Origin: Actinomycetes bacterium
GTDB lineage: Bacteria > Actinomycetota > Acidimicrobiia > Acidimicrobiales > RAAP-2
DNA length: 64,000 bases
Assembly (NCBI GenBank): GCA_021809995.1
Contig: JAJZJT010000001.1
Span: forward strand, 721 to 64,720
Direction: 5' to 3'
Shown here: positions 1-9,923 of the stretch, in pieces
Position numbering within the stretch: the first letter of the stretch is position 1
Layout: each line of letters begins with the position of its first letter
The notes under the pieces: model-generated
What the model was told of the DNA's origin: nothing
Databases searched by the model: none
Seen by the model: the letters and a program-made list of their open reading frames with translations, nothing else
Translations under genes and position numbers: made by a program

Positions 1-1
1 C

Positions 2-628
2 AAGGTCCCCGCCGCGATGTCCCGAGGCCTCGTCGCCCATGGCGTGCCGGCCGCCACGGCCGCCCAGCTCTCCCACCTCCCTCCGCTCGGCTACCTGTTC
101 GCCTCCTTCCTGGGCTACAACCCGTTGGCGAAGCTCCTCGGCCCGAAGGTCCTCTCCCACCTGCCGGCCCACCAGGCCGCCCAGATCACCAGCCGGTCGT
201 TCTTCCCCCAGCTGATCGGCGGCCCGTTCAAGCACGGCCTCGTGCTGATCTTGAGCTTCGCCGTGGCGATGAGCCTCATCGCCGCGGTCGCCTCGGCGCT
301 GCGGGGCAAGAAGTTCGTGCACGAGGAGGCCGGTTCGACGATCGACCATGGACCGCGGTTCGTGCGCGCAGCTGACGCCGCCACGTCGGCCGCCGGTGCC
401 GCCGGGAACGGCGCTCTCGAGAACGGCCAGCGAAGAGCGGCGCAGCCAGAGCGGGGGTTCGTAGCCTCTGAGCGGGGAATCGTCACCTCTGCTGGCGAAG
501 GCGAACGCACGGTCGGGCGGGCGGGCGAGGATGGGCCAATAGCTGGGAACGGCGCAACGAACGGTGCGGGAGAGGCTTCCCGGATGGACACGGCCAGCCC
601 TCCCGGCGAGGAACGCACTGAGCGATGA
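2..628 (+). CDS. C-terminal part of a DHA2 (EmrB/QacA-type) MFS transporter; 5' end lies outside the window
   Basis: The frame is open from base 2. Terminal hydrophobic helices (PPLGYLFASFLGYNP, GLVLILSFAVAMSLIAAVASAL) are followed by a Gly/Ala-rich tail. It resembles the C-termini of the other DHA2 genes in this window. Confidence 0.55.
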   Translation, partial: KVPAAMSRGLVAHGVPAATAAQLSHLPPLGYLFASFLGYNPLAKLLGPKVLSHLPAHQAAQITSRSFFPQLIGGPFKHGLVLILSFAVAMSLIAAVASALRGKKFVHEEAGSTIDHGPRFVRAADAATSAAGAAGNGALENGQRRAAQPERGFVASERGIVTSAGEGERTVGRAGEDGPIAGNGATNGAGEASRMDTASPPGEERTER

Positions 629-665
629 ACGCTGCCGCGGGCGGCGGTGACGTGGGCTTGGGTGG

Positions 666-1598
666 GTGTCGCAGGTGACCGTGGCCTTCGCCCTCTCGGG
701 AGGGGGGAATCTCGGGGCCATGCAGGCGGGGGCGATGCGGGCACTGCTCGACGCGGGTGTCGAGCCTGACCTGCTCGTCGGCTCATCTGTCGGGGCGCTC
801 AATGCCGCCTTCTATGCCACGCATCCTGGGATCAGCGGCGCCCGAGCGCTCGAAGCTGCCTGGGTCGGGCTGTCACGCCGAGCCGTGTTCCGCTTCGAGC
901 CGGGTGTCGTACTGGCCGGATTTCTCGGTCTGCGTGATCACTTGGTGACCACGAGACGTTTCCGCCACCTCGTCCGACGCTGGCTGGAGATCGAGCGGAT
1001 CGAAGAGGCCGCCGTGCCGTTCGCCGCGGTCGCCACCGACGCGCTGAGCGGGGAGGCGGTGGTCCTCGACCACGGAGACGTGGTCGGCGCCTTGGCCGCC
1101 TCCAGCGCCATTCCGGGGTTGTTCCCGCCGGTCCGCCACGAAGGCCGGTGGCTCCTCGACGGGAGCCTGGCGGCCGGTTGCCCGGTGACCGAGGCCCTCG
1201 ATCTCGGAGCACGCACGGTCTACGTCCTGTCGACCGCCACCGCCGCTCGGGTCCGGCCGCCGCGCGGCGCGGTCGCGATCGCCATGAACAGCGTTTCCCT
1301 AGTGGCGGCGAGGCTGCACCGCCAGCAACTGGCAGCAGCCCAGCATCGGGCCACGGCACTGGGCGGCGCGATCTGGGTCGTGCCTTCCCCCGAGCCCGAG
1401 GCCCCCTCGCCCTTCGACTTCCGCCATGGCCAGGCCCTGGCAGCAGCGGCATACCGCCACACGCGAGCGTGGCTGGAGGTGTCCGATCGGGTCACAGGAC
1501 CCGCTCTCGAGGCTGAGCTCGACGGCGTCCCGACGGGGGCGGACCTCGCCGCTGAGGCGGGCGGGGAGGAGATGGCCAGTCAGGGAGGGTCCGCATGA
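666..1598 (+). CDS. patatin-like phospholipase
   Basis: Oxyanion motif SGGGNLGA, nucleophile elbow GSSVG (GxSxG) and catalytic Asp motif LLDGSL. The start could also be the GTG at 675. Confidence 0.85.
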   Translation: MSQVTVAFALSGGGNLGAMQAGAMRALLDAGVEPDLLVGSSVGALNAAFYATHPGISGARALEAAWVGLSRRAVFRFEPGVVLAGFLGLRDHLVTTRRFRHLVRRWLEIERIEEAAVPFAAVATDALSGEAVVLDHGDVVGALAASSAIPGLFPPVRHEGRWLLDGSLAAGCPVTEALDLGARTVYVLSTATAARVRPPRGAVAIAMNSVSLVAARLHRQQLAAAQHRATALGGAIWVVPSPEPEAPSPFDFRHGQALAAAAYRHTRAWLEVSDRVTGPALEAELDGVPTGADLAAEAGGEEMASQGGSA

Positions 1599-1653
1599 TC
1601 GGGGTCCGCCGTCCTATGCCCTCGCCCAAAGAGGTGGAAAGGAGAACCAGCCT

Positions 1654-2508
1654 ATGCAGCTCAGCACCGAGTGGGTCGACTACGACAGCGCGCGGGGGCC
1701 GACCAGCGCCTACCTGGCCCGGCCGGCGCCAGTCGCCGGGCCGACGCCTGGCGTGGTGGTCGTCCAAGAGGTATGGGGGGTCGACGGCCATATCCGAGAC
1801 GTCACCGAGCGTTTCGCCACCGCAGGGTATGTGGCCCTCGCCCCGGAGCTGTACTCGACCGGCGGCGGGCGGCCCGAGGCGCTTGGCGCCGAGCGGGTGG
1901 AGGAAGCGAAGGCTTTCTTGAACAGCCTGCCGCCCGATCGGTGGATGGCCGTGCTCGGCGACGAGGCGCAGCGTGCCGAAGCTCTCGGCCAGCTGCCGGC
2001 TGGCCGTGGCGGCCAAGTCGGCGAGACGCTCGGGACGCTCTTCGGCGGTGCGACCGAGGTCGGACACCACCTGCCCGTCTTGCAGGCTGCAGTCTCCTAC
2101 CTGCACACACACCCTGCCTGTGGCGGGCGGGCGGTCGGGTCGGTCGGGTTCTGCATGGGCGGGGGCCTTTCTGCCCAGCTCGCCTGCAACGAGCCGACGC
2201 TGTCTGCCGCTGTCGTCTACTACGGGTCCTCTCCCCCGGCCGAGCAGGTGACGGGCACCCGCTGTCCGCTGCGTGGCTTCTACGGCCAGGACGACCCGGC
2301 GATCGTGGCCGGGCTGCCGGCGTTTCACGAGGCGCTGGATGCGGCGGGCGTCGACCACGAGCTACGCGTCTATCCCGACACGCCGCACGCCTTCTTCAAC
2401 GACACCCGGCCGAGCTACCGGCCCGAGGCCGCCCGCGACGCCTGGGCGCGAACCCTCGCCTGCTTCGCCGCGGCGCTGGGGCCGGTCAGCTCGGCGGAGG
2501 TGGCATGA
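1654..2508 (+). CDS. dienelactone hydrolase family protein
   Basis: ATG at 1654 is preceded by GAAAGGAG. Contains GFCMGG (Cys nucleophile elbow) and DTPHAF (His), typical of the DLH family. The longer ORF-track start at 1426 is an Arg-rich shadow extension. Confidence 0.85.
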   Translation: MQLSTEWVDYDSARGPTSAYLARPAPVAGPTPGVVVVQEVWGVDGHIRDVTERFATAGYVALAPELYSTGGGRPEALGAERVEEAKAFLNSLPPDRWMAVLGDEAQRAEALGQLPAGRGGQVGETLGTLFGGATEVGHHLPVLQAAVSYLHTHPACGGRAVGSVGFCMGGGLSAQLACNEPTLSAAVVYYGSSPPAEQVTGTRCPLRGFYGQDDPAIVAGLPAFHEALDAAGVDHELRVYPDTPHAFFNDTRPSYRPEAARDAWARTLACFAAALGPVSSAEVA

Positions 2509-3188
2509 TGGGCCGCTCGGCACGCGACGAGGCCGGTCGGCGCGCCCGACGGCGTGTGCGCCTGGGGTGTTCCGAGCCGGCCGCTTACTCGAGCGACGTC
2601 GGCCTGCTGGTCCTGCGTGCAGGGGTCGGCGCCACGCTGTTCGCCCACGGTGCCCAGAAGCTGTTCGGCTGGTTCGGCGGCCACGGGCTGGAGGCGACCG
2701 GCGCCGGGTTCGAGCGGATGGGTTTTCGGCCGGGATACCCGAGCGCGCTGGCCGCCGGGCTGGGCGAGGCAGGCGGCGGTCTTCTGCTCGCGACGGGCCT
2801 CGCGACGGGCCTGGGTGCTGCGGCGGCCGCCGCCACCATGGCGGTCGCTGCCAGCACCCACGTCCCGAACGGCTTCTTCAACCAGAACCGGGGCCTCGAG
2901 TTCCCGCTGTCGCTCGGTATCGCCGCGTTCGGCCTTTCCCTGACGGGTCCGGGTAGGTACTCACTCGATCGCCTGCTCGGCTGGGAACCAACTTCACCTC
3001 GCCTCCGGGCGGTGCCGCTCCTCGCTGCCGCCTCCCTCATCGCCAAGCGCCAGCGGGCGCTGCGCAGCGGGCGCCCTGCCGGTGTGGTCGACCCGCACCG
3101 GCCGTCGGCGCCGGACGGCTCCCACGGGCAGCCGGGAAGTGCTCTGGCTGGCGACCCCGGTGCGCCGAGGAGGCCTGGGAATGCGTAG
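2505..3188 (+). CDS. DoxX family membrane protein
   Basis: ATGA overlap with the upstream stop (2505-2508). Contains AHGAQKLFGWFGG and a four-TM pattern typical of DoxX. The C-terminal ~60 aa are low complexity. Confidence 0.75.
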   Translation: MMGRSARDEAGRRARRRVRLGCSEPAAYSSDVGLLVLRAGVGATLFAHGAQKLFGWFGGHGLEATGAGFERMGFRPGYPSALAAGLGEAGGGLLLATGLATGLGAAAAAATMAVAASTHVPNGFFNQNRGLEFPLSLGIAAFGLSLTGPGRYSLDRLLGWEPTSPRLRAVPLLAAASLIAKRQRALRSGRPAGVVDPHRPSAPDGSHGQPGSALAGDPGAPRRPGNA

Positions 3189-3288
3189 GAGGCTTGGCAT
3201 GCCGTGTCACGTTCCGCCGGAGCTGTTCGCCGTGTGGCGTATGACCCGCGCCGGCGTGTGCGGTCCCACGGTCGAGGCGAAGAGGTTG

Positions 3289-3308
3289 GCTGAACTCAAC
3301 GGTTCAGC
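3289..3308. terminator. stem-loop (7-bp stem GCTGAAC/GTTCAGC, 6-nt loop)
   Basis: Perfect inverted repeat in the DoxX/MFS intergenic region. There is no T-tract, which is usual in high-GC actinobacteria. Confidence 0.3.
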
Positions 3309-3495
3309 ACGGCCGCTCGATCAGGGTGTTGATGGCCCCCTCGAGCCCGAGCGCCAGCCGGGTCAACAGCCCTCCTCGCAGGGCTCCCAGCGGACGGCCG
3401 TCCCTGCTGTCGCCCGTTCGCTGTGGCCGCGACATGTGGTCGGCATGTCGCCGAGCGCCGAGTAGGGCACGGCGAGTCGTCGGAGCAGCCCGTCT

Positions 3496-5522
3496 GTGGG
3501 CAGCAGCCTGGTGCTCAGCCAACGCCGGGTGTTGGTCATCATCGGCGGGCTGCTTCTTGGGATGTTGCTGGCGGCGCTCGACCAGACCATCGTCGCGACC
3601 GCGCTGCCCACCATCGCCGGCGACCTGCACGGCCTGTCACACCTGTCTTGGGTGGTGACCGGGTACATCCTCGCCTCGACCGCTTCGACGCCGCTGTGGG
3701 GCAAGCTCGGCGACCAGTACGGCCGCAAGGCGTTCTTCCAGGCCGCGATCGTCATCTTCCTCGTCGGCTCGGTCCTGTCGGGTCTCAGCTCGTCGATGGT
3801 CGAGCTGATCGCCTTCCGGGCGCTGCAGGGCATCGGTGGCGGAGGGCTCATGATCGGCGCGCAGGCCATCATCGGCGACGTCGTCTCGCCGAGGGAACGC
3901 GGCCGGTACCAGGGGATCTTTGGTGCGGTCTTCGGCATGGCGAGCGTGCTCGGCCCACTCATCGGTGGCTTCTTCGTCACCAACCTGTCCTGGCGGTGGG
4001 TCTTCTACATCAACCTGCCCGTCGGCGCTGTCGCCCTCGTGGTCACCGCCGTCGTCCTGCCGAGCGCCCTGAGCCGGGTCCACCACGTGATCGACTACCT
4101 CGGCACCGTCCTCCTGGCGGGGGCGGCCACCTGCCTGGTGCTGCTCACGACCCTCGGCGGGACTACCTACCAATGGGGCTCGGCGCCGATCGTGGGCTTG
4201 GCCGTCGGCGCTGCGCTCCTCGTCGCGGCGTTCGTGCTCGTCGAGCGCCGGGCGGCCGAGCCGGTGCTGCCGCTGCGGCTCTTCGCCAACACGATCTTCT
4301 CGGCCACCGGAGCCATCGGGTTCATCGTGGGCTTCGCCATGTTCGGGGCCATCACCTACCTTCCCCAGTACTTGCAAGTGGTGCGGGGCGCGAGCCCCAC
4401 CGGCTCGGGTCTCGAGCTCCTCCCGCTCATGGCGGGGCTGCTCATCACCCGCTGGGGTCGGGGCTGCTCATCACCCGCTGGGGCCGCTACAAGATCTTCC
4501 CGGTCGTGGGCACCGCCGTCATGGCGGTCGGTATGTACCTGCTGTCGCTGGTGGGGGTGGCCACCTCGACCGCCCGCAGCTCGATCTACATGTTCGTCCT
4601 CGGGGTCGGCATCGGCGGGGTGATGCAGGTGCTCGTCATCGCCGTCCAAAACGCCGTCGCCTACGAGGACCTCGGCGTCGCCACGGCTGGCGCGACCTTC
4701 TTCCGCTCGATTGGCGGGTCGTTCGGCACGGCGGTGTTCGGGGCGATCTTTGCCAACACGCTGACAGGCAACCTTCGCCACTACCTTGCCGGCGCCGCGC
4801 TGCCCCATGGTTTCAGCGCCTCGGCCGGCGCCAGCCCGGCCGCCCTCGCCAAGCTGCCCCGGTCCGTGCACTCCGGCTTTGTCCACGCCTACGCGGCGTC
4901 GCTGCACACGGTGTTCCTGGTCGCCGTCCCCATCGCTGCGGTGGCGTTCGCCGTCACCTGGCTGCTCAAGGAGGTCCCGCTTCGCCAGACGAGCCAGGTG
5001 CCCAACCCGGCTGACACGCTGGCTCCCACCGCCATGCCGGCCCAGCGAAGCTCCGCTGAGGAGATAGGGCGGGCGCTCAGCGTCCTCATGAGCCGCGAAG
5101 CCCGCACCCGCATCTACGAGCATCTGGCGGCCCGCGCCGGGCTCGACCTCGATCCCCGGTGCTGCTGGATGCTGCTCCGGTTGGAGGACCACCCCGACGA
5201 GGACCTGGCGGGGCTGGCCCGCCGGCTCCGCGTTCCCGAAGAGGCGATGGCCTTGCTCATCGACGGTCTCGTCGAACGTGGCTACGTCGAGGCGGTCACC
5301 GCGCCCGGGGTGGAGTGCTGTGTCCAAGACGGCGACGCGACACCACCGAGGGGCTGGCTCCGCCTCACCGGACAGGGGCAAAGCGCCGTTGCCACCTTGA
5401 TCTCGGCGCGCCGTGACGGCCTGGCCGAGATGGTCCGGGAGTGGGCTCCCGAGCGCCACAGCGAGCTGGCGGAGCTTCTCACCCGTCTGGCGAGGCAGCT
5501 GACCGAGGAACCTGCGCCGTGA
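3496..5522 (+). pseudogene. DHA2 MFS transporter with a C-terminal MarR-like wHTH domain, frameshifted by a 26-bp tandem duplication
   Basis: Frame 1 (3496-4623) and frame 3 (to 5522) both read LLITRWG at the junction. Removing 26 nt restores one 666-codon ORF. N-terminal motif [17 protein letters not shown]. The C-terminal ~150 aa resemble MarR (LAGLARRLRVPEEAMALLIDGLVERGYV). Confidence 0.8.
4434..4485 (+). repeat. 26-bp direct tandem duplication (25/26 identical)
   Basis: GGGGCTGCTCATCACCCGCTGGGGTC (4434-4459) is immediately followed by GGGGCTGCTCATCACCCGCTGGGGCC (4460-4485). Confidence 0.95.
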
Positions 5523-5626
5523 AGGTGAACCGTGGGACGCGTCCCCGCAGGTGTCGCTCCAAGGATCTCGATGCTCCGCGGCCGTCCCCCGCGGGTCGTC
5601 AAGGCTTCAGCGAGCGAACCGGTGGC

Positions 5627-7411
5627 TCACCCCATCGTCTCCTCACCTGGGGCGGATGGATCGCCGACGAAGCCTAGGGGACCGACGACGTGGACGTCGC
5701 AGGGGGCGTGGCGGACTAGTTGGGCGCTGGCGCTGGCGTCGAGCAGCCCGGCGAAGCCGCCGTGGCGAGGGGCGCCGACGACGACCATCCGGGCCCTGCG
5801 GTGCTCGGCGAAGGTGGCAATGCGCCGCCCGACGTCGCCGTGGTCGCCGACGACGCGAAGAAGATGCCCGGCAGCTGTCACGCCCAAAGCGGCCAGCTGC
5901 TCCACGTGCTCGGTGACGGCCGCTGAGGCGGCATCGGGGCTCTCGGCGTCGACGGCGTCTTCCACGGCTACGTCGGTTTCGGCGACGTGGAGGATGTCGA
6001 CCGGTGCGCCGAGTGCGACGGCCAGCTCGGCGCCGGCCGCACACACGTCGTTGGCGGTCGGCGCACCGTCGACCGCAATCAGGATCGGACGAGCCGGCCC
6101 CGGCTCACTCGACGACATCGGCGTCGCAGCGTCGAGCCGTAGCGTGGCTGTGGGTCTGGCAGGTGCGGGCGCCGCCTCGGCCGCCGAGGGGACTGCGAGC
6201 TTGGAGGCTGGCGGGGCTTGGTCTTGCTCAGCGCCTTCGGCGGCGGCGATGAGGGAATGGCCCCTGGTGAGCACGACGATGCCCAAGACGACCGCGACGG
6301 CGCCGAGGTAGAAGGGGACGTGGATGTTGAAGTGGGCGGCGAGCTTGGCCGCCACGTACGGGGCGAGGCCGCCGCCGATGAAGCGGACGAAGCCGTAGGA
6401 GGCCGACGCGATCGGCCGCTCGACCGGTGCCACCAGCATGACGGCTTGGGTGGTGAGGGTGTTGTTGAGCCCGACGAAGGCGCCTGAGACGATCACCGCC
6501 ACGATCAGGGTGGTCTTGGAGGTGGTGAAGGCGGCGATGACGACCAGGTCGGCGGCGAGCAGGGCCAGGTTGACGTACAGGGTACGTGGCGTGCCGAAGC
6601 GGCGTTGGAGGCGGGGTGCGACGAAGACGGCGAAGATCCCGACCAGCATTCCCCAGCCAGTGAAGGTGTAGCCGAGCTGGTGGATCCCCAGATGCATGGG
6701 GAACGGGGTGTAGGCGAGCAAGGTGAAGAATCCCCAGTTGTAGCAGAGGGCGGTCACGCTCATGATGGCGAGCCCCCGGTGGCGCAACGCGGTGATCGGC
6801 TCTCTGATCGACGTCCGTTTGGCCGGCCTCGGGGTGCGGTCGACCAGCACCAGGGTTGCGATCAACGAGATCGACATGAGCACCGTCACCCCGAAGAACG
6901 GCCCCCGCCAGGAGATGCCCCCCAGCTCGCCGCCGACGAGCGGTCCGAGGCCGATGCCGACCCCGAGGGCGGTCTCGTACAAGACGATGGCACCGGCGAA
7001 CCCGCCGCTGGCCGAGGCGACGATCACCGCCAGCGAGGTGGCGATGAACAAGGCGTTGCCGATCCCCCACCCGGCCCGCATCTCGACGATCCCGTTGATG
7101 CTGTGCGACGAGCCGGCGAGGGCGCTGAAGACCACGATGAGCACCAGCCCCGCGACCAGGGTGTGTTTCGCGCCGATACGGCTGGAGACCCAGCCGGTGA
7201 CGAGCATCGCCACCGCGGTGATCACGAGGTAGCTGGTGAAGAGCAGCTCGACGCTGCTCGGACTGGCTTTGAGGTCCTTGGCCAGCGCCGGCAGGATCGG
7301 GTCGACCAACCCGATCCCCATGAACGACACGACGCAGGCGAACGCCACCGCCCACACCGCCTTGGGCTGGCGGAACGGGCTGGCTGCTCCGGCGTGCCCG
7401 TCGTTCACCAC
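5627..7411 (-). CDS. MFS transporter fused to a C-terminal universal stress protein (USP) domain
   Basis: The N-terminal ~400 aa form a 12-TM MFS. The C-terminal ~150 aa (ILIAVDG...VDILHV...VVGAPRHGGFAGLLDASASAQLVRHAPCDVHVV) match the USP fold motifs. The GTG start overlaps the marR stop (GTGGTGA). Confidence 0.8.
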   Translation of the reverse strand: MVNDGHAGAASPFRQPKAVWAVAFACVVSFMGIGLVDPILPALAKDLKASPSSVELLFTSYLVITAVAMLVTGWVSSRIGAKHTLVAGLVLIVVFSALAGSSHSINGIVEMRAGWGIGNALFIATSLAVIVASASGGFAGAIVLYETALGVGIGLGPLVGGELGGISWRGPFFGVTVLMSISLIATLVLVDRTPRPAKRTSIREPITALRHRGLAIMSVTALCYNWGFFTLLAYTPFPMHLGIHQLGYTFTGWGMLVGIFAVFVAPRLQRRFGTPRTLYVNLALLAADLVVIAAFTTSKTTLIVAVIVSGAFVGLNNTLTTQAVMLVAPVERPIASASYGFVRFIGGGLAPYVAAKLAAHFNIHVPFYLGAVAVVLGIVVLTRGHSLIAAAEGAEQDQAPPASKLAVPSAAEAAPAPARPTATLRLDAATPMSSSEPGPARPILIAVDGAPTANDVCAAGAELAVALGAPVDILHVAETDVAVEDAVDAESPDAASAAVTEHVEQLAALGVTAAGHLLRVVGDHGDVGRRIATFAEHRRARMVVVGAPRHGGFAGLLDASASAQLVRHAPCDVHVVGPLGFVGDPSAPGEETMG

Positions 7412-7896
7412 TGAGCGCCCCCCGGCGTGGGAGTGAGCCGGCTGGCGGCGTCGGTGTCGCGGTATTCGAGAGCGGCCACGGCGAGCAACGCCGGCAGCGC
7501 GTCCCGCAGTGCCCTCGCCTGGGCGGCGGGGAGATCGTCGATGAGCCGGACGAGCCCGGCGGCACCGGCCTGGCGGCGCTCGTGCACGTAGCGCTCACCG
7601 GCACCGGTGAGGGCGACCAGCACGCCGCGGCCGTCGCTGGGATCCGGCCGTCGCTCGGCGAGGCCGTCGTGCTCGAGCTTGGTCACCAGCGACGTCATCG
7701 ATGGCTGGGTGACACCCTCGAGGGCGGCGAGGCGGGTGAGGCGCTGGGGACCGTGGCGTTCGAGCGCGTACAGGGTTGCCGCGGCGGTGAGGCTGACGTC
7801 GCGCGGCATGCGCCGGACGACCGACGCGGCGAGCGAGTACAAGGCGACCGCGACGTCGTTGTGGCGTGCGACGACCTTCGATCCCTGGTGGCTCAC
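7405..7896 (-). CDS. MarR family transcriptional regulator
   Basis: wHTH core LTRLAALEGVTQPSMTSLVTKLEHDGLAERRPDPSDGRGVLVALT. It lies first in an operon with the MFS-USP gene. Confidence 0.85.
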   Translation of the reverse strand: MSHQGSKVVARHNDVAVALYSLAASVVRRMPRDVSLTAAATLYALERHGPQRLTRLAALEGVTQPSMTSLVTKLEHDGLAERRPDPSDGRGVLVALTGAGERYVHERRQAGAAGLVRLIDDLPAAQARALRDALPALLAVAALEYRDTDAASRLTPTPGGAQW

Positions 7897-7953
7897 GGCG
7901 AAAGACTATACTCGCATCTATATAGACGGGTCGAAGGATCGGTAGGTGGCACC

Positions 7954-8625
7954 GTGGGAGCACGAAAGCCGGTGGTGACCATCTCCGCCGCCTATGGGGC
8001 GGGCGGGGGCTTGGTCGGCCCACGGGTCGCCGAGCGGCTCGGCGTCACGTTCTGGGACCGGGCCATCCCCACCTCGGTCGCGGCGGAGCTCGCCGAGCGT
8101 CCTGAAGAGGTGCTCGCCGTCGAGGACGACCTGGGTCGGGGGTTCAGCCACTGGATCTCGTTCTTCGCTCCGGCGGGGGCAGCCTGGACGGGGATACCCC
8201 TACCCGACGCCGAAGGGCGCTACGACGAGGCGTCGTACAAAGAGCACATCGCCTTGGTGTTGCGGCGCGAGGCGGAACGTGGCGCGGTGATCCTCGGCCG
8301 TGGGGCGGCGATCGTGCTGGCAGAACATCCCGGGGCGCTGCACGTCCGCCTCGACGGCCCGGTCGAACGGCGTATCGCCCAGGTGATGGACCTGGGGGGC
8401 TTGGACGAGCGCAGCGCCCGGCGGGCCCAGCATCAAACCGACATTGCCCGGCATCGCTACGTCCACCGCCTCTATCACGCCGATGTCGCCGACCACCGCC
8501 GGTACCACCTGTGGATCGATGCCACCGCTGTCCCCCTGGCCACCTGTGTCGACATCATCGTGAGCGCCGTCCAAGGACGAGACCAGCTCCGCCAGCTCGG
8601 AGCCGACGACCATGGCCGCGCCTGA
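7954..8625 (+). CDS. cytidylate kinase-like family (P-loop NTP kinase-like) protein
   Basis: GTG at 7954 lies downstream of an AT-rich promoter-like stretch. Contains VVTISAAYGAGGG (degenerate P-loop) and HVRLDGPVERRI, typical of the cytidylate-kinase-like family. The upstream part of the ORF-track frame overlaps marR antisense. Confidence 0.55.
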   Translation: MGARKPVVTISAAYGAGGGLVGPRVAERLGVTFWDRAIPTSVAAELAERPEEVLAVEDDLGRGFSHWISFFAPAGAAWTGIPLPDAEGRYDEASYKEHIALVLRREAERGAVILGRGAAIVLAEHPGALHVRLDGPVERRIAQVMDLGGLDERSARRAQHQTDIARHRYVHRLYHADVADHRRYHLWIDATAVPLATCVDIIVSAVQGRDQLRQLGADDHGRA

Positions 8626-8715
8626 TCGCTCCGAGCGACACCGGGGGCGGGGCCAACATCATGTGACCGGTTGCCGCAGGCGCGGTGCCGAGGCGTGCTC
8701 GGCGGTCGGTGGCTG

Positions 8716-9741
8716 GTGAGCGGGGACGATTGGACGGCTCCGGGCGTCTACGAGGTAGGCCCCGATGTGTTCCGGGTGCCGTTGCCGCTTCCCACCGATG
8801 GGCTGCGGGCGGTCAACATCTATGTCATCGTCGACGCGGGCCGTCTGGTGTGCATCGATTCGGGCTGGGCCGTGCCCGACGCCCGGGCGGTCCTCGACGC
8901 TGCGTTGGCATCGCTGGACTCAAGCGTCGCCGACATCGACCGGTTCCTCGTCACCCACGCCCATCGTGACCACTACACGATGGCGGTCTCCCTGCGCCGT
9001 TCAGAGGGCATAGCCGTCAGTCTCGGTGCCGGTGAGCGCCCGTCGCTCGAGGCGATCGCCGATCCCGGCCGGAGCCCCTTCGAGGACCGGCTGGGCGCGC
9101 TTCGCCGCTACGGGGCGCCCCACCTCGCCGACCTGGCCGCCACCGAGATGGTGAGCGGCCACGACGCGCAGCGCTCCGAGTGGGAGCCTCCCGACGGCTG
9201 GCTCGACGAAGGCGACATCGTGTTCGAGTCGGGCCGGCGCCTCGGGGTGGTCGAGACCCCCGGCCACACCCGCGGTCATGTGGTGTTCAGGGATCCCGCC
9301 AACCGGCTGTTGTTCGCCGGGGACCACGTGCTGCCGACCATCACCCCCTCCATCGGCTTCGAACCCGTGGCATCGGACGACCCGCTCGGCGACTTCCTGG
9401 GGTCACTGGCCCGGGTCCGGCGCCTCCCCGACGCCGTGCTGCTCCCCGCCCACGGTCCCGTGGCGCCGAGCGTGCACGCCCGGATCGACCAGCTCGTCGA
9501 CCACCACGGCAGGCGGCTCGATCAGACCCTCGCCGCGCTCGTAGCCGGGGCCACCAGCGTGTTCGAGGTGGCAGGCCGGCTGCGCTGGACCCGTCGGGAG
9601 CGCACGCTCGCCGAGCTCGACCTGTTCAACCAGATGCTGGCGGTCACCGAGACCGCCGCCCACCTACGCTTGCTGGTCGCCCAGGGGCGGGTCGCTCGGA
9701 TCCTCGACGACGGGATCTACCGGTACCGTTCGCTGCCCTGA
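8716..9741 (+). CDS. MBL-fold metallo-hydrolase
   Basis: HxHxDH motif (THAHRDH), then GHTRGH and AGDHVLPTITP. It is a paralogue of 29360-30550. The start is uncertain (TTG at 8671 or GTG at 8716). Confidence 0.8.
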   Translation: MSGDDWTAPGVYEVGPDVFRVPLPLPTDGLRAVNIYVIVDAGRLVCIDSGWAVPDARAVLDAALASLDSSVADIDRFLVTHAHRDHYTMAVSLRRSEGIAVSLGAGERPSLEAIADPGRSPFEDRLGALRRYGAPHLADLAATEMVSGHDAQRSEWEPPDGWLDEGDIVFESGRRLGVVETPGHTRGHVVFRDPANRLLFAGDHVLPTITPSIGFEPVASDDPLGDFLGSLARVRRLPDAVLLPAHGPVAPSVHARIDQLVDHHGRRLDQTLAALVAGATSVFEVAGRLRWTRRERTLAELDLFNQMLAVTETAAHLRLLVAQGRVARILDDGIYRYRSLP

Positions 9742-9749
9742 CGATCTAC

Positions 9750-9772
9750 GCCGACCGGCATCGCCGGTCGGC
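9750..9772 (+). terminator. perfect 10-bp stem / 3-nt loop hairpin 9 nt after the MBL stop
   Basis: GCCGACCGGC-ATC-GCCGGTCGGC. Confidence 0.45.
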
Positions 9773-9923
9773 GACGCACCGAGCACGTAGGGGCTTCCAT
9801 CCGATCGGCGTAGGGGAGCCTGGTGCCCGGCGTGTGAGCGCCCGCTCGCCCGGAGCGGAGCCGAGGCGGAACGAGGTGGCTGTCGTCAGCGGCGGGGCCA
9901 TGGTTCGATGAGGCCGGACGGGG

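Noticed and set aside
3304-3434. Short minus-strand ORF ending ...GGLLTRLALGLEGAINTLIERPC-stop, just before the hairpin at 3289-3308. It could be the tail of a lost TetR-like regulator.
   Set aside because: It is only about 43 codons with no diagnostic motif, so I cannot tell a remnant from chance.
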